Position numbers and translations under genes: made by a program. A stretch of 32,000 nt of DNA from Geotalea uraniireducens Rf4. Its GTDB lineage: Bacteria > Desulfobacterota > Desulfuromonadia > Geobacterales > Geobacteraceae. The stretch covers positions 3,330,001 to 3,362,000 of the forward strand of contig NC_009483.1 in NCBI RefSeq assembly GCF_000016745.1, in the 5' to 3' direction. Below are positions 9,162-17,557 of this stretch, piece after piece; positions within the stretch are counted from its first letter, which is position 1, and each line of letters opens with the position of its first letter. The notes beneath the pieces are model-generated. The model did no database searches and was not told the origin of the DNA. It saw nothing but the letters and a program-made list of their open reading frames with translations.

Positions 9162-10503
9162 GGCTCCTCGACGAATTGAGTGGGTAGCCTGGGCCGGGTT
9201 GATGTAAGATAGGCCACCATCACTCAGCCTGGAGGTTAGTAATCGCTATGAATCCTGAAGATCTTTTTGGTGCTGCTCTTGGAATTGCCATCCCGTGGAA
9301 GGTTACCTCTGTTGACTTCAACAAGAAGTCAAGTCGTTTGGACATAACCATCGACTTCCAGCGGGGAGCCACCTTTCCCTGTCCGGTCTGCGGAACGTTG
9401 TCACCAGTCCATGACACCACGGAGAAAGAGTGGCGGCATCTGAATTTCTTCCAGTACGAAGCCTACCTTCATGCGCGTGTTCCACGGGTAAAGTGCCCTA
9501 ACAGCGACTGCGGCGTGAAGTTGGTCCAGGTACCCTGGGCTCGCGCAGGCTCAGGATTTACGCTGCTGTTTGAGGCCCTGGCCATGACCATGGCTCGTGA
9601 TTTGCCGGTGAAGGTCATGAGCAGGCTGTTTGCCGTTACCGATACCCGTCTATGGCGGTTGATTCAATCCTATGTCGAGAAGACAAGGGCCGCAGAAGAC
9701 TTCTCCGAGGTGAAGAGGGTCGGTGCGGATGAAACCTTTGCCGGGCGCAGTCATGACGAGAAATTCGTCACCTTCTTCTTCGACCTCGACATGCATAAGC
9801 TCTTGTTCGGCACGACGGGAAAGGACAACGAAACAGTCAAGAGCTTCGTCGCGGACCTTAAGTCACATGGCGGCGATCCTGATAGCATCACAGACGCTGC
9901 TATTGACATGTCCAAGGCATTCATAAAGGGTGTCAAAGAGCAGTTGCCCCATGCCGTGGTCACCTTCGATAAATTCCACGTCATCAAGCTTATGAACGAT
10001 AAGCTTAGTAAGATAAGGGCTCAAGAAGCCAGGTTATTTCCTGAAATCCTGAAAAAGAGCAGAAACCTGTTCCTCAAAAATCCAGAGAACCTGACACCGG
10101 AAGAGGAACAGCGCCTGGATGCCATTATCACCAGTCAAAGCTTAAGGAGTACGGAAGCTTACATGCACAAGCTGAACCTTCAGAACGTCTATTTTGCTTC
10201 AAGCCGAACGGAGGCAGAAACCCTGTTGACCAAATGGCATCGGAAAGCCGCCGCAAGCTCAATCCAACTCATCAAGAACATGGCCGAATCTGTAAAAGAG
10301 CATTGGGATGGCATTCTGGCACATTTTGAAAGCGGCCTGACTAGCGGCTTCATTGAGGGCATCAACAGCCTAATTCAATCAGCCAAAACTCGGGCACGAG
10401 GCTATCGGAATCCTGACAACTTGATCTGCATGGCTTATCTGGTTGCAGGCAAGCTCAACCTAAAGTCGCTATTCCCTCTACCCACTTGATTCGTTGCAGA
10501 GCC
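9162..10503 (+). mobile_element. ISL3-family insertion sequence (1342 bp)
   Basis: The left inverted repeat is GGCTCCTCGACGAATTGAGTGGGTAG. The reverse complement of the right one is GGCTCTGCAACGAATCAAGTGGGTAG. An 8-bp direct repeat GAAGAATC lies at 9154-9161 and 10504-10511. Confidence 0.88.
9248..10489 (+). CDS. ISL3-family transposase (413 aa)
   Basis: N-terminal zinc-finger region (FPCPVCG...VKCPNSDCG) followed by a DDE domain. The length and layout are typical of ISL3. Confidence 0.9.
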   Translation: MNPEDLFGAALGIAIPWKVTSVDFNKKSSRLDITIDFQRGATFPCPVCGTLSPVHDTTEKEWRHLNFFQYEAYLHARVPRVKCPNSDCGVKLVQVPWARAGSGFTLLFEALAMTMARDLPVKVMSRLFAVTDTRLWRLIQSYVEKTRAAEDFSEVKRVGADETFAGRSHDEKFVTFFFDLDMHKLLFGTTGKDNETVKSFVADLKSHGGDPDSITDAAIDMSKAFIKGVKEQLPHAVVTFDKFHVIKLMNDKLSKIRAQEARLFPEILKKSRNLFLKNPENLTPEEEQRLDAIITSQSLRSTEAYMHKLNLQNVYFASSRTEAETLLTKWHRKAAASSIQLIKNMAESVKEHWDGILAHFESGLTSGFIEGINSLIQSAKTRARGYRNPDNLICMAYLVAGKLNLKSLFPLPT

Positions 10504-10511
10504 GAAGAATC

Positions 10512-12055
10512 CTTATGGTAGGATAGTTCTCGTTTCGATCATGGCCGCAAAAACATTCCCATCTATAACAACAGATATTTTAGTCATTGATGAAGCTCAC
10601 CATGAACCAGCACAGACCTATCAAGCCTTTCAGGATAAAATTGAATTCAAAAAGAATTTGGGGCTAACTGCAACACCCAAGAGACTAGATGCAAAGGTGC
10701 TAAATTACGAAGCCATTGCATATCAGAAAACCTTTATGTCTCTTGTACATGAAAAATGGCTCGCTTGCCCAGACCCTGTCTTGTCGCAAACAGGCATGGT
10801 CTTTGATCTTGATGTAAGAATGGATGATTTTAGCGAAGAATCGCTTACTTCACTTGATAACGATCCTCGCAACGATTTCATAGTTAAGCACTGGATGGAC
10901 AATTCGGAAAAATATGGGAAAACATTGGTTTTTGCCCTTAATCGTGATCATGCAAGACGACTTACAGAATCTTTCAGGAAAGCAATTCCTGGGAAAATGA
11001 TCGATTATATTGTTTCTGGAGAAGGTAATCTGTCAGATAGAAATACAAAGGTATCGTTATTTAGAAACGGCATGATTGATGTTTTGATAAATTGTAAAAT
11101 TTTTACTGAAGGGTTTGACTGTCCTGATGTAAAAACTATTTTTCTTACAAGACCAACGTTATCTGTTTCTTTGTACCTCCAAATGATTGGTAGAGGTACA
11201 AGAATAACTCCAACAAAAACATCTTTTTACTTGGTTGATTTCCAGGATGATCTCGGTAAATTCCAAAATCAACTTATTAAACCATGGGTTTTAGGCGATG
11301 AGCTAAACAATGAATTAATTACTACTGCAAATAAGAACATTGTCGAAGATGTAGAAGTTGATCCAATATCTGATATTGATGAAGATTTACCTAACTGGTT
11401 AAAAGAGGACATAACCTTATCTCCAATAGATTTAAATTTGATCGCAGGTTATGTGATATTTAAGCATGACAGTGGCCGTGAGGATGGATTTCTTGTTCAC
11501 GTCGATGATGAAGATCTGTTTTTGAATGCATGGGTTGAATTAAACAGTAAAAAAGACAATTGTTGCGCAGATGAATTAGGAATATTAGCATTAAATATGT
11601 ACAAACTACTATCTACTAATAGATTGTCTCTTCAAGGATTTGTTAGTGCTGCTATTGCCCTTGCAAGTGGTAATTCCGAATACATTAAATTGAATTCTCC
11701 AAAAACATTAACTACAATTTTTGATTTTCTGAACGACATATATATTTCTCAAGAGGAAGAAAGTGACTTGAAGAAGCATTCATCAGATATTTATGCAATT
11801 ATTAAATTCACTATCGATGAAATTGATGAAGGCCTATCATGGAGTCAAGTTTTTGAAAATGAAAAATACGTATTTGATAAAGCAACAAACGAACTCACCA
11901 AGAATAATCATTTACGCGGGCTTGAGTTAAAAAAGAAAATAGCTTGTATTTACAATGAGATATTAATTGATACGCATCTTCTGGAATTTGAATGGGAACG
12001 ATTCTGTTTGAATATGATTAAAGATAAATTTTCATGCATTTTATATTTGCCGTGA
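10512..12055 (+). pseudogene. SF2 DEAH helicase, C-terminal fragment
   Basis: In frame with 8621-9161 after deleting 9162-10511: ...WWAGGREKN-P-YGRIVLVSIMAAKTF... Contains VIDEAHH (DEAH, 10589-10600), LGLTATPKR (motif III) and QMIGRGTRI (motif VI). An unassigned ~260-aa AT-rich C-terminal region follows. Confidence 0.85.
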
Positions 12056-12141
12056 TCTCTTCCGCATTTTACAGAAAACCTGTGTACTCATCTGCACAGA
12101 GATCCTCTTAAATACTATGAACTCTATAATGCAAAAAAATC

Positions 12142-12200
12142 GCATAACAAACGCATGCACCTGACCACAAAACCGTCAGGTGATGCTTGCCCCGTTGGCA
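12142..12200 (+). other. attC-like site B (59 bp, family 1)
   Basis: GCATAAC-aaacgc-ATGCACCTGAC-cacaaaacc-GTCAGGTGAT-gcttgcccc-GTTGGCA. There is one bulged G in the left arm. It is homologous to site E, with compensatory changes (CTGAC/GTCAG in B versus CTGCC/GGCAG in E). Confidence 0.7.
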
Positions 12201-12221
12201 GTCGAACGGAAAGGAGGATAA

Positions 12222-12848
12222 ATGTATTGCACTCAATGCGGCGCACAAGCCGTCTCAGAAGCTAAGTTTTGTGCTAAATGTGGTGAGGCTTTAGGTACAA
12301 GTTCAGTAATAACTGAACCGGAACTTCCACTTTCACTTGCATCAATGCAGAATTCAAGCCCTGCCACTGATGACGCAAAGTGTGGACCAACTGGAGTCGG
12401 TGGCTGGCTAAAGTTGCTTGTCGTTGGAATGCTGGTGCTTGGACCGTTGATGGGGGCAGGCCGAATTGAAAATGATTTCATGATGGCAGAACATCAAAAT
12501 CCCAATATTACGTCATTGAATGAATGGAAAACCTTTAAAAATGCGACATGGTGGACATTTTACATAGTTGCCGCTATGAGCTTTTATGGCGGTTGGGGTT
12601 TGGCTCGGGGGCGCGACGTGTCAGTTGTAAATAGAGCCAAAGCTATCTTGTGGCTAACTGGCCCTGTTGCCTCAATTAACTTGGCAATAATTATACCATT
12701 CATAATTTTTGGTAAAACTGAAGCAGGCAATCCGCAATTTATTGGCGGATTCTTTGCGTCTGTAGTTGGAGCGATTATTTGGACGGTTTATTTGTCAAAA
12801 TCGAAACGGGTTCGTAACACTTATTGCAACTCTAAACATTTTATGTAA
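12222..12848 (+). CDS. Zinc-ribbon plus multi-pass membrane protein (DUF2569-like), 208 aa
   Basis: AGGAGG RBS. The N-terminal CTQCG...CAKCG is a zinc ribbon. A linker follows, then GVGGWLKLLVVGMLVLGPL and three further hydrophobic helices. Confidence 0.7.
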   Translation: MYCTQCGAQAVSEAKFCAKCGEALGTSSVITEPELPLSLASMQNSSPATDDAKCGPTGVGGWLKLLVVGMLVLGPLMGAGRIENDFMMAEHQNPNITSLNEWKTFKNATWWTFYIVAAMSFYGGWGLARGRDVSVVNRAKAILWLTGPVASINLAIIIPFIIFGKTEAGNPQFIGGFFASVVGAIIWTVYLSKSKRVRNTYCNSKHFM

Positions 12849-12884
12849 CCCCTAACTTCGGAGTACCCCCAAGTGGAGGTTAAT

Positions 12885-13235
12885 ATGAAACTGACTCAAT
12901 TTTCTCAAATAGAGTACAGCCGAATTCTGGATCTAAATGGCGCTCGCAATAAAGGCTATAGTCAATCTGAGTGTGAGAATATCCTTGTGGCAGCAGGAGC
13001 AACCACCATGCAGGCAAAAAATGGTGCTTATGTCTATTTGCACCATGGGTCAAAGATTTCAGCAACTCGAAGAGCATCTCGCTCAGAATATGAGCACCTC
13101 CTAAATGATTTTGAAGGAAGAGAGAAAGAATCTAAAGAATGTATCCAGCATTTGGAAAACATGGGCTTTAGCTACGGGCAAGCAAAAACTGCAGTGTATA
13201 ATTATCGTGTGAAGCACGGATTAATTGGTAAGTGA
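12885..13235 (+). CDS. Hypothetical 116-aa protein with an internal duplicated G(Y/F)S..QAK..Y.Y module
   Basis: I prefer the ATG at 12885, 4 nt after GGAGG (12876-12880), over the GTG at 12873. It lies 36 bp downstream of the membrane-protein gene, with no attC-like site between them. Confidence 0.6.
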   Translation: MKLTQFSQIEYSRILDLNGARNKGYSQSECENILVAAGATTMQAKNGAYVYLHHGSKISATRRASRSEYEHLLNDFEGREKESKECIQHLENMGFSYGQAKTAVYNYRVKHGLIGK

Positions 13236-13287
13236 GGTGATTAGGGGAGTCCCGGAGGGATCATCCCTTGATGATAAAAAGGCGAAA

Positions 13288-13360
13288 TCCCAACCAGGCA
13301 GTTGGACACCGGTCGGGCGGAAAGGCTGCCCGAACGGGTCAACTGCGCGGCCCGTTGGCG
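13288..13360 (+). other. attC-like site C (73 bp, family 2)
   Basis: TCCCAAC-cag-GCAGTTGGACACCGGTCGGGC-ggaaaggct-GCCCGAACGGGTCAACTGC-gcggccc-GTTGGCG. The left arm has bulged G and A. It is homologous to site D, with the inner stem switched (GTCGGGC/GCCCGAA in C versus CCAGCCC/GGGCTTG in D). Confidence 0.75.
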
Positions 13361-13438
13361 AAAAAAAGTCTAGGAGTCCAGGAACGTATTTCGATCAGCA
13401 GCAAAGAGTTCGTCACAGACCGTTAAGGGAGTATTTCG

Positions 13439-14758
13439 TTGGGAACAGAGATTGAGTTTGAAATCGGAGGGGCCAGCCTTAGCTGGAGCAAAAATTCACG
13501 CGGCATGGATCACGGTATGCTTTTCCAAGCGAAGGACCGGAAACGCCTCCACTCCGACCAGATTGACTATGATTACTTCACTGAAAATGGTCAGGATCCC
13601 GGCCTTATGGAAATGGCTCTTTGTAGGCCGCTCAAGGAGATCGTTCCTCGGATTGAACTCCTTGGTTTCACACTCAATGAGGTAGAACGCGAGTACAAGA
13701 AGTGCACTGAAAGCTGGCTTGAACAATGCCAGATGATGGCTCATGAGGTGGAAGAATTTTCAGAGCCGGATGTGATGACGTTCCAGGAGTTTTGTGCATT
13801 TGTTGCAGCGCACCCTATCCAAACTCTAGACCATTCATTTATCTCTTCATTCGATAATGCGGAAAGCGAGCGGAAAATCCAAGGCAGATTTGACGCCATG
13901 CCGGAAATACGAAGAATTCCTTATTTCCCATCAGCTATCGATAACACGTACTCTGAGCGCAGCTATTTTGCCGGCTTAGTCAATTTTATGCACCCTTACT
14001 CCACTCTCCGCCTTCTAGCGCAAAACATGTCAAACCTGAATGCGGACGTTGTGTGGCAGTATGGACCGTTGGTAGAAAATGGCTGGGCAAGCGAAAGTGA
14101 ATTTATACCTGATGCTCGAAGGAACCAGACTTTTCTGATAGCAACTGAAGGCAGTTCCGATGTCCATATTATCAAGCACGCTCTGTCACTGTTGAAGCAT
14201 GAAATCGCTGACTTTTTCAGGTTTATTGACGTGAGTGAGCGGCATCCATTCTCAGGTACAGGGAACTTAGTCAAGTTTGCTGAAGGGCTTGTTAAGATTG
14301 ATGTGCATAATCAGGTAGTTTTTGTGCTCGACAACGACGCCGAGGGTTTCGAAGCATATCAACGCATTTCGGATATGAACCTGCCCCCTAATATGCGAGC
14401 AATGATGTTACCGACATTGGAAGAGTTCCGCGCCTTTCCAGCTCGAGGTCCGGAAGGCGTGACTAATACTGATATTAATGGACGTGCGGCCGCGATTGAG
14501 TGCTATCTGGACCTTAACCTTCATGGTTTCGAGCCGGCAAAAGTAGTGTGGACTAACTACAAGAAGGAACTCGACCTCTACCACGGTGCTTTAGAATTCA
14601 AAGATTCCTATACCAAAGCATTTTTAAAGCAGACTGCCGAAACAGTATCGGCGGGAAACTATTCGGTGCACAAACTTCAAGTTGTGCTCGACGCACTTAT
14701 CGCTGAATGCTGTGCTGTCACCATAGAGGTAGGAAGAACAGGTCTAGGAGAGATATGA
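13439..14758 (+). CDS. Unknown N-terminal domain fused to a TOPRIM-like (OLD/DUF4435-type) domain, 439 aa
   Basis: TTG start giving MGTEIEFEIGGASLSWSKNS... The TOPRIM signature is a conserved Glu in FLIATEGSSD (E237, 14147-14149) and DxD in VFVLDNDAEG (D298/D300, 14330-14338). The N-terminal ~220 aa resembles my memory of the module called 'HEPN/Toprim-associated N-terminal domain'. There is no ATPase domain. Confidence 0.6.
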   Translation: MGTEIEFEIGGASLSWSKNSRGMDHGMLFQAKDRKRLHSDQIDYDYFTENGQDPGLMEMALCRPLKEIVPRIELLGFTLNEVEREYKKCTESWLEQCQMMAHEVEEFSEPDVMTFQEFCAFVAAHPIQTLDHSFISSFDNAESERKIQGRFDAMPEIRRIPYFPSAIDNTYSERSYFAGLVNFMHPYSTLRLLAQNMSNLNADVVWQYGPLVENGWASESEFIPDARRNQTFLIATEGSSDVHIIKHALSLLKHEIADFFRFIDVSERHPFSGTGNLVKFAEGLVKIDVHNQVVFVLDNDAEGFEAYQRISDMNLPPNMRAMMLPTLEEFRAFPARGPEGVTNTDINGRAAAIECYLDLNLHGFEPAKVVWTNYKKELDLYHGALEFKDSYTKAFLKQTAETVSAGNYSVHKLQVVLDALIAECCAVTIEVGRTGLGEI

Positions 14759-14791
14759 GGGGTCAACTATACAAATGATTTGAAGCGATGA

Positions 14792-14863
14792 TCCCAACAA
14801 GACAGTTGGACACCGCCAGCCCGAAAAGACTGGGCTTGCGGGTCAACTGCCGAGCCGTTATGC
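14792..14863 (+). other. attC-like site D (72 bp, family 2)
   Basis: TCCCAAC-aag-ACAGTTGGACACCGCCAGCCC-gaaaagact-GGGCTTGCGGGTCAACTGC-cgagcc-GTTATGC. See site C for the compensatory changes. Confidence 0.75.
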
Positions 14864-14983
14864 AGAAAATAAAACTTCCAATGATTTGGCGATTTCAACT
14901 ATTTCCTTGAGTTTAGAAAGTCGCTGCTTTTTGTTCCGACACTCGGAATAAAGTTCACAAATAAGAGCAAGACATTCAATTTC

Positions 14984-15628
14984 ATGCCTTCCAGGGAAAT
15001 TCGGACTATGCGTTACGCGCTCGACATCCAGAAAAGACAAATCGAACCTTCCTACTCCGGCCAGAGAGCTATTTGCCCCGGTTGCGGAGGAGAAGTTATT
15101 GGAAAGTGCGGATATATTGTTTCTGACCATTGGTCTCACCTTTCTGGGTCAGACTGCGACCCTTGGCATGAACCACTAACAAAGTGGCATCTGGAGTGGC
15201 AAAACATCCTTAAAAAATACCGAAATGCACAGATAGAGGCTGTAATTACAAAGCATGACATCTCTCATCGTGCAGACGCTGCGCTGCCAGACGGAACAAT
15301 TTACGAACTGCAACATTCAGGAATCTCACCAGAGGAAATCCATGAAAGAGAACAATTTTACGGCAAAAAACTGGTATGGGTGTTTGACGCAATTGAAGCC
15401 TATGTATCCGGGCGAATTGATTTAAGAGAGAAAGAAAACGGAAACTATACTTTTCGCTGGAAGCACCCCCGAAAATCCATAGCCTATGCACAAAGGAAGG
15501 TGTTTTTAGACTTCGGACTAGGCGAATTATTTGAACTTGAGTGGATGTCAAAAGAAACTCCTTGTGGTGGCAAAGGAAAACTAATTCAGTCTGCCACGGT
15601 TGCCGATTTCACTATATTTTCTGACTAA
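14984..15628 (+). CDS. CoiA-like competence-family nuclease (zinc ribbon plus PD-(D/E)xK-like), about 206-214 aa
   Basis: Contains CPGCGGEVIGKCGYIVSDHWSH, then HRADAALPDGTIYELQHSGIS (the D...E.Q.S block typical of CoiA-like proteins). The start is either 14984 or, perhaps more likely, ATG 15008 (MRYALD...). Confidence 0.6.
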   Translation: MPSREIRTMRYALDIQKRQIEPSYSGQRAICPGCGGEVIGKCGYIVSDHWSHLSGSDCDPWHEPLTKWHLEWQNILKKYRNAQIEAVITKHDISHRADAALPDGTIYELQHSGISPEEIHEREQFYGKKLVWVFDAIEAYVSGRIDLREKENGNYTFRWKHPRKSIAYAQRKVFLDFGLGELFELEWMSKETPCGGKGKLIQSATVADFTIFSD

Positions 15629-15638
15629 GAATGAGATG

Positions 15639-15698
15639 GCATAACCAGAAAAATGCACCTGCCCTAAAACCGGCAGGTGATTTTCCGAACCGTTGGAT
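15639..15698 (+). other. attC-like site E (60 bp, family 1)
   Basis: GCATAAC-cagaaa-ATGCACCTGCC-ctaaaacc-GGCAGGTGAT-tttccgaac-c-GTTGGAT. R' fits GTTRRRY. The preceding cassette starts with GTTATGC, which is complementary to this GCATAAC. Confidence 0.75.
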
Positions 15699-15824
15699 TA
15701 TTAAACTGAAATGGAATTATCTTCATGGGCGATTTCGCAAAGCAAGTACGACATAATAAAGTTCCTGGTCCAAATAAACTTAAGTTTGAACGAGCGGACT
15801 GGGAATCAATTCTGAAAAAGAATG

Positions 15825-17149
15825 GAGGGTGTAAAAAGGTTTGTGTAAATGGTCATTAGGGGGTACACCAAGTTACCCTAAGGAGATCACATGACTATTA
15901 ACACCGACGTAATCGACGACCTGCTCAAACATTACAAGACCCCCGAAGAGATTCTAGGGGAAAACGGGCTGCTGAAGCAATTGACCAAGGCTGTTCTTCA
16001 GCGGGCGCTCCAGGCTGAAATGACACTGCATCTCGGCCACGAGAAGCATGCTTCCGTTTCCGCCAAGGGTGGCAATGCACGCAATGGCTCGTCGGCAAAG
16101 ACCATCAAAGGCGATTTCGGCACCATGCCGATTGAGGTCCCTCGTGACCGGGATAGCAGCTTTGAACCAGTCATCATTCCCAAGGGCCAAACCCGGTTCG
16201 CCGAGTTCGATGATAAGATTATCTCTCTGTACTCCCGCGGGCTTACCACTCGTGAGATCCAGGGACACTTGGAGGAAATCTACGGTGTTGAGGTATCCCC
16301 CGCCCTGATTTCAATAGTGACTGAAGCAGTAGCTGAAGAGGTCAAAACCTGGCAGAACCGCCCGTTGGATGCGCTTTATCCCATCGTCTACATGGATGCC
16401 ATCAGGGTCAAAGCCAGAGGCAATGGCCATGTTGTGAACAAGGCTGTCTATCTGGCCATCGGCATCAACACAGACGGCGCCAAAGAAGTTCTGGGAATGT
16501 GGGTTTCCGAGAACGAAGGTGCCAAGTTCTGGCTTCAGGTTGTTACCGAACTAAAGAACCGTGGTGTCCAGGACATCTTCATTGCCTGCGTTGACGGCCT
16601 AAAGGGGTTCCCTGAGGCCATAGAGACCGTTTTCCCGAACACTCAGGTCCAGCTTTGCATCGTCCACATGGTACGCAACTCTTTGAAATTCGTCTCGTGG
16701 AAGCAGCGTAAAGAGGTCGCTGCTGATCTGAAGGTAATCTACCAGTCGGCGACAGCAGAGCAGGCCGAAATGGAACTGACGGCATTTGAGGCGAAGTGGG
16801 ATAAAACGCACCCGACTATCGGCCAGTCATGGCGCCGGAACTGGGAGCAAATCACGCCTTTTTTCGCTTATCCTGCTGATATCAGAAAGGTTATCTATAC
16901 CACCAACGCCATTGAATCCCTGAATATGTCGCTCAGAAAGGTGACCAAAAACCGGGGTTCGTTTCCCAATGACGAGGCAATGCTCAAGCTACTTTATCTG
17001 GCGCTGAAAAACATCGCGAAGAAATGGACCCTGCCGATCAGGGACTGGAAGGCTGCGATGAATCGCTTTTCCATCCTTTTTGAAGACAGAATGCCAAGCT
17101 ATTAAAAACCGGGAACCAAAACCATTTACACAAAACTATTGACAGGCCC
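15825..17149 (+). mobile_element. IS256-family insertion sequence (1325 bp)
   Basis: The left end is GAGGGTGTAAAAAGGTTTGTGTAAATGG. The reverse complement of the right end is GGGCCTGTCAATAGTTTTGTGTAAATGG. An 8-bp direct repeat AAAGAATG lies at 15817-15824 and 17150-17157. Confidence 0.85.
15891..17105 (+). CDS. IS256-family (mutator-type) transposase, 404 aa
   Basis: Contains LLKQLTKAVLQRALQAEMTLHLG..., YMDAIRVK, FIACVDGLKGFPEAI and TTNAIESLN. These are canonical IS256 transposase blocks. Confidence 0.92.
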   Translation: MTINTDVIDDLLKHYKTPEEILGENGLLKQLTKAVLQRALQAEMTLHLGHEKHASVSAKGGNARNGSSAKTIKGDFGTMPIEVPRDRDSSFEPVIIPKGQTRFAEFDDKIISLYSRGLTTREIQGHLEEIYGVEVSPALISIVTEAVAEEVKTWQNRPLDALYPIVYMDAIRVKARGNGHVVNKAVYLAIGINTDGAKEVLGMWVSENEGAKFWLQVVTELKNRGVQDIFIACVDGLKGFPEAIETVFPNTQVQLCIVHMVRNSLKFVSWKQRKEVAADLKVIYQSATAEQAEMELTAFEAKWDKTHPTIGQSWRRNWEQITPFFAYPADIRKVIYTTNAIESLNMSLRKVTKNRGSFPNDEAMLKLLYLALKNIAKKWTLPIRDWKAAMNRFSILFEDRMPSY

Positions 17150-17254
17150 AAAGAATGATATAGACGAAGAAGACATGCGTCTTGCAATTGCAGGAGGGAA
17201 AATGGGGTCAGGCTTCCAAGTTGACAAGTTGAAGAAAGGAGGTATCATTCCAGC

Positions 17255-17551
17255 ATGGCACGTAAACCACGCATCCATCTCCCCGGTGGACTTTACCACG
17301 TCATTTTCCGGAGTAACGGCGGTCAGCCCGTTTTCCTCACTGAAGATGACCGTTACCGTTTCTACCTCCTCCTCCAGGAAGGGACTTGTCGGTTTGGCTA
17401 CCGCGTTCACGCTTTCTGTCTCATGACCAATCATATCCATATCGCCTTGCAGGCCGGCGATATTCCCCTATCACGCGGCATGCACAATCTCTCATTCCGC
17501 TATACCCGCTGGATCAACTGGCGGGAAAAAAGAACCGGCCATCTTTTCTAA
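17255..17551 (+). pseudogene. Y1 (IS200-like/REP-associated, RAYT-type) transposase, N-terminal 98-aa fragment
   Basis: MARKPRIHLPGGLYHVIFRSNGGQPVF...AFCLMTNHIHIALQ (HUH)...FRYTRWINWREKRTGHLF, then a stop where homologues continue QGRYK... The truncation point abuts a 21-bp inverted repeat. Confidence 0.75.
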
Positions 17552-17557
17552 AGTCCT

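Noticed and set aside
13225-13455. 76-aa plus-strand ORF between the 116-aa gene and the TOPRIM gene
   Set aside because: It reads straight through attC-like site C, so its sequence is dictated by the palindrome. The product is Gly/Pro/Arg-rich and there is no RBS.
14858-15139. 93-aa minus-strand ORF overlapping the 5' end of the CoiA-like gene
   Set aside because: Its N-terminal half is antisense to the conserved CPGCGG zinc-ribbon region of the plus-strand gene. It has no Met within the non-overlapping part, and its stop falls inside the R' core of attC-like site D. It is probably spurious.
17139-17426. 95-aa ORF starting at the IS256 right junction
   Set aside because: The start is created by the IS junction, and the 3' half overlaps the RAYT fragment in another frame. 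Only the short 5' part may be a remnant of the disrupted cassette ORF.
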